Assembly (NCBI GenBank): GCA_030167865.1
Contig: JALAGF010002103.1
Location: forward strand, 1 to 58,012
Direction: 5' to 3'
Length of the DNA stretch: 58,012 nucleotides
From: Craspedostauros australis
Taxonomy: Eukaryota
The translations under genes were made by a program, and so were the position numbers. Below are positions 21,020-30,946 of the stretch, in pieces (the first letter of the stretch is position 1; every line of letters starts with the position of its first letter). The notes beneath the pieces are model-generated. The model searched no databases. It had not been told where the DNA came from and saw nothing but the letters and a program-made list of their open reading frames with translations.

Positions 21020-22582
21020 ATGCCTCCAAGCATCACATTGTGCGAAACCACACGACATACCCAAAAACCGGACAGGAATACCAGGAGCAGGAAGAGCCGC
21101 GATAGCACAACAGCAGACTGCTGCATATACTACGTGTATTATTCTACAAGAGAGGACAAAGAAGAGAGGGCCGAGAAACCGCTGATGCCGCAACGCAAGC
21201 TGCCGATCGTCCAGAGCCAGAGCGAACAGCATCAGAATCAGGTTGCCCTGCTAGATCCGAGCCTGTGGTCCAACTACGTCAAGACAGCAACGATGGTGGA
21301 AGTCTCAATCAAGGATGCCGCCAACGAAGGCGAGGGCCGCAACATGTACACGGCCTACACCGTGGCCACCGACCGAGCCACCGTGAAGCGCCGGTACTCG
21401 GACTTCCAGTGGCTGTACAAACGCCTCCAGACGGAGCTGCCGGGCGCCATCATTCCCATCATCCCTCACAAGCGCGCCCTCAAGAACGACGTCAAGTTCT
21501 CGGATGAGTTCATCGAATCGCGCCGCATCAACCTGGAGAAGTTCCTGAGGGCCGTGCTCGATCACAACGAGCTCAAGGACGCACCCAGCATGACGCCCTT
21601 CATGACGGCGGAGATCGGGGATGACTTCGACACGGCCAAGCAGACGGTCGAGAATGCCAGGCCCAACACGCACGAGGAGGATACCGAGGAGGCCAGCACG
21701 GCCGCCACCGTGGGAAAGAGGGTCGGCAACTTCTTCGCCAAGGCCAACACCCTCATGCAGGTGCGGGCGGGGCAGGTCGAGATCGAGCAGACCAAGGAGG
21801 ATCCCGAGATCAACGTCATCAAGGAGTACATCGGGGAGGTCGAGATCCATGCCAAGCAGCTCATGCTCGCCAGCCAGGCCCTCGTCAAATCCACCATCGA
21901 CAGATCCAACGGCATCCATGATTTCGGCATCCCGGTGGCCGCGTGGAAGAGCACGCACCAGAACAACGTCAAGAACTCGCAGGACGACGTCCTCAACGCC
22001 ATGTCGGGCGTCATCGAATTCTCCGACGAATGCACCAACCTCTTCGAGCAGCAGCATCGCCTCGAGAAGTCCAACTTCGAGGCCTCCATGCACCAGATCA
22101 TCCTCGACATTCAGGCCTTCAACGTGGCCCTCAAGAAGCGACGCACCCTCCAAGTCACCTACACCACCAAGCTCAAGCAGATAAACGACAAGGAGACGGC
22201 ATTCGACAAGGCCGCCAAGGCGTTGAAGCCGCCGGAGGTCACGGAACGTCTCGCAGCCGAGAAGCATTCCCTGCAACGCGAGGCGGATCCCATCAAGGTG
22301 GCGCTGGAGGATTGCTCGGCACGTCTGATCCGCGAGGCGTCGCGCGCGCAACCTCTGCTGGGTATCAACATGAAGAAGTGCATCCGGGAGTACGCGAAGA
22401 TACAGATTGAGTACACGACCAAGCTCAATGAGGCCTGGAAGAAGCTCATGCCGGTCTTGGAGACTTCGGATGAGGTTGTTGCCAGTATCGCTCCTCCTCC
22501 TCAAGATCAGACCGTGGATTCGGAGGCCGAAGAGACTGCGGACAAGGAGACGGAGATTGAGGCAGCCGAGGATCTCCTTTGA
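21020..22582 (+). CDS. Sorting nexin (PX + BAR/Vps5-type)
   Basis: PX: YTAYTV..VKRRYSDFQWLYKRL..PGAIIPIIP.K..FIESRRINLEKFL; followed by a helical BAR-like region. The real start is probably 21185 or 21293. Confidence 0.92.
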   Translation: MPPSITLCETTRHTQKPDRNTRSRKSRDSTTADCCIYYVYYSTREDKEERAEKPLMPQRKLPIVQSQSEQHQNQVALLDPSLWSNYVKTATMVEVSIKDAANEGEGRNMYTAYTVATDRATVKRRYSDFQWLYKRLQTELPGAIIPIIPHKRALKNDVKFSDEFIESRRINLEKFLRAVLDHNELKDAPSMTPFMTAEIGDDFDTAKQTVENARPNTHEEDTEEASTAATVGKRVGNFFAKANTLMQVRAGQVEIEQTKEDPEINVIKEYIGEVEIHAKQLMLASQALVKSTIDRSNGIHDFGIPVAAWKSTHQNNVKNSQDDVLNAMSGVIEFSDECTNLFEQQHRLEKSNFEASMHQIILDIQAFNVALKKRRTLQVTYTTKLKQINDKETAFDKAAKALKPPEVTERLAAEKHSLQREADPIKVALEDCSARLIREASRAQPLLGINMKKCIREYAKIQIEYTTKLNEAWKKLMPVLETSDEVVASIAPPPQDQTVDSEAEETADKETEIEAAEDLL

Positions 22583-22949
22583 GTTCCTTGCATGTGTTAG
22601 ATTGCGGAATGTGATGAATATGGTCAGTATAGCACAAGCGTGCTGGTACGGGTAGTTGGCGTATTTGCTGCTCCATTGCGACATCAATCAATTTACTCAA
22701 AACCGATAGAATACTCTGCTCTGTGTTACCCAATCAGTTTTATCCAGCGTGTGTTGATTGCATGGGAGTACAGTGCAATGACACCCAATGACGAAGAGGA
22801 AGGAGTGCACGTATTGGCAGCAAGATAGAGTGGCTCTCTCTCTCTCTTTCTGCCTCTATGCACGAGTGGAGTAGATCGTCTCATTGAGTTTCGTCTTGCG
22901 TCAGTCCGTGAACCAACCACGTCATTTCGTGCCGACGTTGACTCTTTGA

Positions 22950-22968
22950 TGTGTGTGTGTGTGTGTGT
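22950..22968. repeat. (TG)n microsatellite
   Basis: Direct observation. Confidence 0.9.
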
Positions 22969-23443
22969 TCACACGAAAAAAGCGGTCGACGACAGTGGTG
23001 ACACGCACACGATGATGGGTGTCACGAACACAACGATGTTCGGTTTGCAACACGCCTTTTCGTGCAATTCGAACCAACCTCCCTCTCTTGTGTCTTTTGT
23101 GACCTCCAACCATTGACGTCGTGTTGGCTGGGCTTACTATTCTCCGTTCATGCTCGTAGCTCGCATCATACTTGCGCCATTCTGCGATTGTGTTGTCTGG
23201 CAGGAAGTCCACGATCACTTCGACGTTGGCCGTTTGGTCTGGAGAACAATTACGATTGTAATTACAATTGCAACCAACACAAGGAGAGATACCTCCGCAC
23301 ACATCCAACGGACTCCAGATCGCAGAAGCTCATCCAAGTCAAAGTTAAAGTCAAAGTCAAGCCAGGCTAATCACCAAAGAAGAACCGCATCGGCATCAAT
23401 CTCAGCAACTGCTTCATCGCCATCAAATCAGACGAACGTAAAG

Positions 23444-24197
23444 ATGACGACAACAGCCACCAGGAATCAGAGAGGTGCTACGCACTGGAAGCCATGCGAC
23501 ATTCGAACGATCCTGTTCTTGGCACTGCTCCTCGCAATGGATGGGACCTTCGGTTTCGTCATCCCATCAGCGACAACCATCGGATCATCGGCAATTGGGG
23601 ACAGTTCTGCGACAACATCGTTGTTCTCCAATGCACCACGACAGCCACGGCGAATGCTCAAGAAGGTGAGAATGCGTGTCGGTTGCATGCGATGCGACGC
23701 TATACTCCTCCCGCAGAACGCATTTGCATCTGCCGAGGGATGAAATGGAAAGTATGTTTGCACACTTCGCGTCTTTGAAACTCACCGTCCTCATTCATCA
23801 TCTTGCACTCTTCCATTACGTTGCTACTATCTCCACTGTCACGATCTACTCCGCACCACAGCGCCGCAAACGAAATCGCAACGGCAACCCGAATCAAAAG
23901 GGAGATGACTTTCCATGGGACACGGCCGAAAGCCGATCCCTCGTCCCCTCCATCTCCAAGGAAAGCGGTGAGGATTACTGGATCGATCAGGACGAGTTCG
24001 AACGCGAGGCGCAGCGGCTGAAGAATCGCCCGAAGGTCGGGGAGGTGTCGAAGGAGAAGCTCATGACGGAGGTCAAGGCGCCGTACAAGCAGAATTGGAT
24101 TGGCTACTTTTCCATGGTCATCGTCATCTTGTCGGCGATCGTCATCAAATTCCCGGAGCTGCTGGCGACTCCTGTCATCGAGATACCGGATCTGTGA
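23444..24197 (+). CDS. Small plastid-targeted protein with C-terminal TM helix; exons 23444-23665 and 23862-24197
   Basis: Signal LFLALLLAMDGTFG-FVIP and S/T-rich transit stretch. Phase-0 intron GTGAGA (23666)..CAG (23861). Exon 2 carries GEDYWID, EVKAPYKQNWIGYFSMVIVILSAIVIKFPELL. Confidence 0.75.
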
Positions 24198-24476
24198 GCG
24201 TCGCAGAGCGATGTCGTGAACTTTAGATGCGAAAAGAGCCCCTGTCTTCATCGTGCGGCGTTGGCTAGGCAATACGAAGAATACCATAGGTACCTACACA
24301 CACACACACGCATATCCATCCGAGCATAATCGAGGATTCTGTTACACATTCGCATGGCAAATATAGATGCTACTATTATACTTTTACATCGTGATCTACT
24401 TGTTCATGAAATTGTGGAATGGTCTTTGAAAACCAGCGCGCAACGAAAAATAAAGTGTGAATGTTGCAGAGTTGTG

Positions 24477-26860
24477 CTACACGACAAGCCTCGCTGCTGG
24501 TGGCGCATCGGCAATGTGGATATCCGCAAGGGCGATGCCAAGCTGATCCGAGCATGATGAATTGACGGCCGCGATGTGTGCGTTCCGCTGTCTGATTTCT
24601 TCATCGGTCGCGTCATGTTTTCTGGGCGATACGCCATTGTCGGCGTTGAATTGTTGCGGATGATCTGAAGACACGTTGGATGCGCCGTTGGGACGATTGG
24701 CAATGATGGTCTGCGCGCTGACTGGCAGATGCATCTCGACGTGCGATGGGATTCCGTTGCGAATTTCAGCGATGAGCTTGAGCTCCTGCTCGGACGGCAC
24801 GTGCTTGCCTCCGTCGTCCAATGGAAGGTCGCTGTTCCACTGTCCGCAATAGATGATGGCGCCATCGGGCGTCGTTTGGATCCCGCGTCCGTGGCGCATG
24901 TTCTTCATCCAGGCGCCGCAATATATCTGCCCATCGGCCCACTGCATGCGTCCGTAGCCGTGCTTGACTCCGTCCCTGTACTCCCCGTCGTACTTCTTGC
25001 CGCTGGGCCACGTGTAGAGACCGTGGCCGTGCTTCACACCATGCTGCCACCGTCCGACGAACTTCTTCCCGCTTGGCCACACATAGACTCCGAGACCGTG
25101 GTACTTGCCTTCCAAGAAACGACCCGTGTACGTTGCGCCATTGGACCAGACCACCCTGCCTTGTCCATGAGGTTTGCCATCCTCCCTGCTCAACGAAACG
25201 TCACACACAGAGTAGAAGGAGCGTGCAATATATTATACAATAAAGCGTGCAGAAACGCAAAAAACAAAACACGGCATTGTATGATACAGTGTGTGAGATT
25301 GGTGGTTGTGCCGATTGAGCGCATTCACAGTATTCGCGGTGCACTCCGGTACAACTCGCTGCCAACGCAAGGTGTGGGCACGTACCATTCGCCGTCGTAG
25401 GTTCTCGTCCTCCACAGCTGAATTCCGTACCCGTGCTTTTGACCATTCTTGAACTGCCCGCGGTACTTGACACCGTCAGGACTGGTGAGGGTGCCGAAGC
25501 CATTCTCCTTGCCGTCCTCAAAGTTCCCGCTGTACATTCTCCCGTCTGACCACGTGTGGACGCCTACCAAAAGAATAGAATGAGGATGGGCATAAGATGG
25601 GAGATGACCCCAATCAACGGCATTGTGCGTATTGCACGAACGCCCCAATTGAAACAAAATGAAAGCAACGACATGCGTGAGTTGGATGCATCACAAATGA
25701 AAAAGGAGCACAACACCATACAGCATGCCAACAACCAAAGACTCACCTCGACCATGCTTCTTCCCCATCTTGCAGGTCCCGTCGAACTTGGCCCCGTTGG
25801 GCCACATGAAGTAGACCTTGCCGTTGAGATGGCCATCCGTCCAGTGTCCCGTGGTCTTGCGTCCGTCTGGCCACACGTGCGTGCCTCGACCATTGCGGCT
25901 GTTGGCCTTCCACTCGCCCGTGTAGACCTGTCCATCGGGCCATCGGTTGACGCCTTGTCCATCGCGCTTGCCGCAGCGCACGGCGCCCGTGTACATCTGT
26001 CCATCGGCGAAGGTGACGATGCCGTCGCGGCCGTGCGGTTCGTTGAGCATGTTGAGCGGTCCCGAGTAGGAGTAGATGGCGTCCGTGGAAGGGTCCTTCC
26101 ATTCCATGTCGACGACGAACTTTTCGGGGTCCGGTTCGACGTTGGAGACCTTGTGATCGTCGTCTGCGTCGGAGTGCTGCGTGCCGCAGAACTCGTACAG
26201 TCGCTGTTCTAGCGAGAAGCGCTGGTTGCGCAGCACCATGCGTTTGCCCTCGAGTTCGCGGATGCGCTCCAGCTCCTCCTTGACCGATGTGCGCGGAGGC
26301 AGGGAGATGCCCGATGCGACTTGGGCGTGCATGCTGGCAGGATCATTGGCATTCATGTTGTGCCTTTGTATCTCCGCATCAGCGGAGGAGATGGAGGTAT
26401 TGGTGGAGGATGCTGCGGTGGGCACCGAAGCGTTGGTGGTCATGGCATCGTGGAATGCGGCGTCCGATCTGTTCTCGCCGGTGGACAGGCTCATGGCGTT
26501 TGTGGAGGAGCCTTCGTCGGATCCCGTGGGTGAGAAGGCTCCTCTCGGCGCATGCAGCATCGCTCCCTTGCCCGTTCTCATGGCTGCAGACGCTGATCTC
26601 GGTGGTGTGGATGGCGGCGTCGATGTGGGTGTGGATGCTGTTGATGCGACCGTTCGCGATTCTTTAGCCGTCGGTGGCTTGTTCAGGACGCTGTTCATGG
26701 CGCTGCTCATGGTGCTCCGGAAGCTCCTGGGCTTGTTGATTGCCGGCATCTTTCTGCTTCTATGATCCTTCGGTTGCTTCTGCGGTTGCTTCTGTGATGC
26801 CCGTGACACTCTGGCGTGAGAAAACAGATCAGTCAATTCCGACACCGGCACTGGCGTCAA
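24477..26860 (-). CDS. MORN-repeat protein; exons about 26860/26749-25747, 25563-25386, 25185-24477
   Basis: Repeated Y.G.W..G..HG.G...W.DG units across three frames, joined by GT-AG introns 25746-25564 and 25385-25186 with consistent phases. The 5' end is uncertain. Confidence 0.9.
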
Positions 26861-28438
26861 TCCTGCTGTTGCTGATGCTGCTCCTGTTGCTGATCTCAGC
26901 CTGGTCTCCTTCGATGGATCTCCCTCAACGCTGCTGTATTGGATTGCAGTCTCTGTTGGTATGATCCTCGCCGTTGAACTGCTGATGCGTGTGGGAATCC
27001 TTGATGCGCGAAGTCAATCAGACAGACAGCTCGGTTGTCAGCCGTTTGATGGTAGTTGCGCTGTGATTGCAGGTGGGTCTGTTCGGTTGGTCTCAACAGA
27101 ATGTCGAAGCTGTGAATGCACCAACTGCGGTCGGTCGTTTGAATGGAACCGAGCTGAGCCGAACTGGGCGCCGGATGGGGGTACTCTGGTGGAACACTCG
27201 GCGTCACCTTCTTGCCATTTCCGAGAAACTTCGCACCAGTCCACGATTTTCGCTTGCTTTGCCTCTCTTTCTCTTTTGTTGTCCGATCGAGCGTTCCTCT
27301 CCTCTCTTGCCTCTTTGTCTTTGTCGTCTCTCGTTGCCGTTGTTGCTGTTGGTATTGATACTGCCGTTGCTATTGCTCCTGCTATTGCTATTGCTCTTGT
27401 TGTTGAGTTGTCGCGTCGCCATCAGTTGTCTCTCTCTCTCACTGTCGCTTTCCGCTCCGCCCAATTCATTCACTCGACGAAACACGGCCGAAATGGTTCT
27501 GCTGGAGGAAACCAAGAGTCAGGACACAAGGTTGCAAACAGAGACAACACATACAGACACAGCACAAAAGAGAGAGAAGAGCGATGCAACGCGAAACAGA
27601 TCACCAAAGAAGGGAACCATCCCAAGACCAACAGAGCCGTTTTTGGTGCGCCTTCCACTCACACGCACATGATGGACGTTTCTGTCGAACGCTGCATGAA
27701 TTTCAAGTCCCTCCGGCAAAATTTCTTTCGCAAGAATCACCATGCCGCACGCCAAATTTCTGCACGACAAACCATGTCGCAGCGTTACATTCAAATACAA
27801 GACGTTATCTGGCGTGACAAGGTGCACACGCAGTCCTCCCGACTTGATTTGGCGGCATCGGCTTGAGAAACCTCCGATCACATGGGCAGGCCTGATGCAT
27901 CGGGAACTTCCCGCGGGTGACATACCCAACGTGTCACAATACCAACACCAGTAACTGGTGAACTTGCTGCACTTCACGCGCATACCTAGTCTGTGGCTGT
28001 CCCGTGGAGAATGCTGTGGCGCATCTTGGCGGTTCCTTGTCTTGTTTGCGATGCAACCTCCGCGCGCACCGCAAGCATGAATGACAGGAGAGAAGAGCAC
28101 GACCTACCCTACTCTAATGCTCCATGGTACAACAGAATAGTGTGAGAAGCCGTGTATTATAACAGAGTAGAGTGGATCCGACTCTTCATGAAACAAGGCG
28201 TATCGCAAGCGGAACATGAAGAATACAGCAACAACTGTCATTGTATTCGTCGGCATCCTTGCGGCACTCACGCAGGCACCTCATGACGGCATGCTTGTCG
28301 GCCTGCCAGCCCATCGGCTGGTGCTCCCAGCTTTCTTCTCTTGAAATTCAAACTTCACTTTTTCACTCTTTGTCCGACGACACTCTGCGCTTGTTGTTCG
28401 CGCATCCTGTGCTAACGAAAGGACCTTGAATGAGGAGA

Positions 28439-28480
28439 GAGCCTGCGAAAGAAGAGCCTGCAGAAGAAGAGCCTGCAAAG
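28439..28480. repeat. 15-bp tandem repeat, about 2.8 copies of GAGCCTGCRRAAGAA
   Basis: gagcctgcgaaagaa gagcctgcagaagaa gagcctgcaaag. Confidence 0.85.
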
Positions 28481-28921
28481 CAATTAGCCCGAGTGATGGC
28501 TGCGTTGATCAACTCTCTCGCATACTCGTCCATGACTTGCAGCTACTCTCAGATCGTACACAATACGCACGTGTGCGAGGACTATGGACATCATGTTGTG
28601 TGTTTATCTTCATGTTCATCTCGTCTCAAGAAAGCATGAACCCAGATGCAGCTTGTCTGTGCAACTGTTTGACTTGGTGACACGTGACTCCCCTTATTGT
28701 CAACGCTGTTGATGCCATGCTGTGCCATGCTGTACTCGCCTCTACTGTTGTTGGCAGCGCAGAGTCAAGTGGCGTGCCGCATTCCAGGATGATGACGATG
28801 ATGATGCCAATTGAGACGAAAGAAAAGCGATGAGCTCTGCACTCACGTGATCGAATACAACCTACCTATGGTACTAAGCATGCGTGCACGCATGATCCAT
28901 TTGACCGCCTACGGATTCCCT

Positions 28922-30056
28922 CTAGGCAGCCTTTCGAATGACCTGGTCCATGTCCGCTGGAGCAAAGATCTGTCTGCCATCGTCCAGTTTGATTTTGTAC
29001 GGAGCGAACGAACCTGGTGGCCAGTTCTTCTCTCTGTACCACAGCTGAATGACCTGGCCGGGAGCCCAATCCTTCGTGGCGTCTGGCCCGATTCTGCAAA
29101 ACACTTTCTGCCCCGGTACGAATCGCAGCTGAGGCAATTCGTCGTCGGGCCCGTCATCCATTGGTGGCCACTCGGCCCTTTCGCCCTTCTGCCATTTTGT
29201 GAGTACGTCATCGGTTGGGAATGATCGTTGCAGCTCTTCCTTGGTCACTTCCTTGGCCAGCATTGGCAAACCGAAGATGCCGTTGCACTCGCTGCGTCCG
29301 TTGCGAAACATTTGTGGAATATGAAGGAGAATTCCATCGGCGACGGAGAACAACGCATGATCATCATCATCATGCAATGCCATGCGTCGGTTTCAGAAGG
29401 AGAGCGTCGCGATCATCGCATAATTATTGCACGGCAATCGCCCAATCGTTGTTTGTTTGTTTGTTTGTGGTAGTCGTTGTCATGATCAACGTGCGATGCC
29501 ATTCATGTGAAGGTGGGAGGTGTCCCCAAGTCAAAAGGTTCCAGATGAGAAATGTGATCGTTAGTCCAAAAAGCTCTTGCGAAAGCCCAATTCTTGACAT
29601 GATCAAACACACGCAACATGATTCGATGTCTAGTCGACTCTCTTTCTTCGTTGCTTCCTTACTTCCTTGACACTTGCACTATGTCACATGCGCAAATTGG
29701 CTGACTGGAAGTCTGCATTGTTGGTGTATCGCATCGCATCGCACCGCACCGCATCGTGTCTAACTCCATGACATCAGATTCACATTGTTGCAAGAGCAAA
29801 AGGAACCAGAATAAAGCCCCAATTACAATCACACGCAAGGAACGCACCTCTTGAATGTGATAGTGACAGCAGTGTCGATCGGAGCACACATCGGATCACC
29901 GCACTGCACTTCCTGCACCGAAATCATAGCGTCGTCGCGGATGTTCTCGGGTATTATTTCCATCGACCATGCTTCGATCTGTTTGAAGGCTGCCTTGCGC
30001 TCTTCATCCTCGACCTTGGTGTTGGCGACGTTTTCTGGGAGAAACATCTTGCGCAC
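28922..30056 (-). CDS. Uncharacterised two-module protein (CGDPMC domain + SH3-like C-terminal module); exons about 30055-29848 and 29291-28922
   Basis: Intron 29847-29292 (GTGCGT..CAG, phase 2) joins ..VQEVQCGDPMCAPIDTAVTITFK-S-ECNGIFGLP.. to LRFVPGQKVFCRIG..WAPGQVIQLWYRE..PYKIKLDDGRQIFAPADMDQVIRKA. The start is ATG 30047, or lies in an upstream exon ending at 30240. Confidence 0.75.
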
Positions 30057-30946
30057 TGTTGATGATGTTGCTGTTGTTCGTGTGTTGTTCGTGTTGTGGC
30101 TGGGCTACTCGGAAGAGAAGGCAGCGATGACCGTTTGAATAAATCTGCGTCGCGAGGAAGTTCGCAGCTCTTGGTGATGAAGCGCAAGAAATGCTTTTGG
30201 ATGGTTGCTTTCAAATGGCAGCGATTGTCGTGAGCTCACTATTGAACCTGCTAATGATGATGCTTGCTCTTGGTCTTGAGCCTGATTGCAAGGATAGTAT
30301 CAAACTCTGGCGCGGACTCGTTTTTTGTTGCGATCGTGGAAGTGGTGGTCGTGGTGGTGGTGGTTGTGCTCTTTTCTTCCCTGTTTTGTGTTGGTGCTGG
30401 TGTGGCGGACGCTGTTGCGTTTCGAAACTCTTCTTCTTGACCACGGTTCGTTCGTACCTGTGCTGTTGCGGTGGTGTGCACAGAGACATTTGTGCGAAAC
30501 AACATTGTTGCTGGTGAATCAAGCACGTTCCTTTTTGATCGAAGAAGCTCTCTGGTTCCAAACACTCGGATGAGTCAATCACTCCAAGCAGAAGTTGATC
30601 GAAGGTGTCGACTTGAGAACAAAGGAGAGATGGCGAAAAATCATGCCGATCTGCCCACCACAAAAAAGGCATCAACGAGAACCCACAGAAGAGGCTTGCA
30701 CGATGTTGTGTGATGTTGGCACAGATCGGGTGGGATTGGATTTGGAGACAAACAGAGACCTGCTGGGTATCGGTATCAAGTCTCACCTCCTCTGTGGACA
30801 CAAACCACCTCGAAGGCCAAGGCGGAGTGGAGTGAAGCAGCAAAGTCGAGTATTCGTGCAGCGCTGCATTCCTCGCAGGGCAACAATCCGGAAGCGGTCC
30901 AATCGCAATCCGATCACAATCCATCACGAACGAAGGATCTGTTGGG

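Noticed and set aside
21305..22687. 460-aa ORF antisense to the sorting nexin
   Set aside because: Shadow ORF fully overlapping a well-supported gene.
28439..28480. Short direct repeats as a possible CRISPR array
   Set aside because: Head-to-tail 15-mers with no spacers, in a eukaryotic context with no cas genes.
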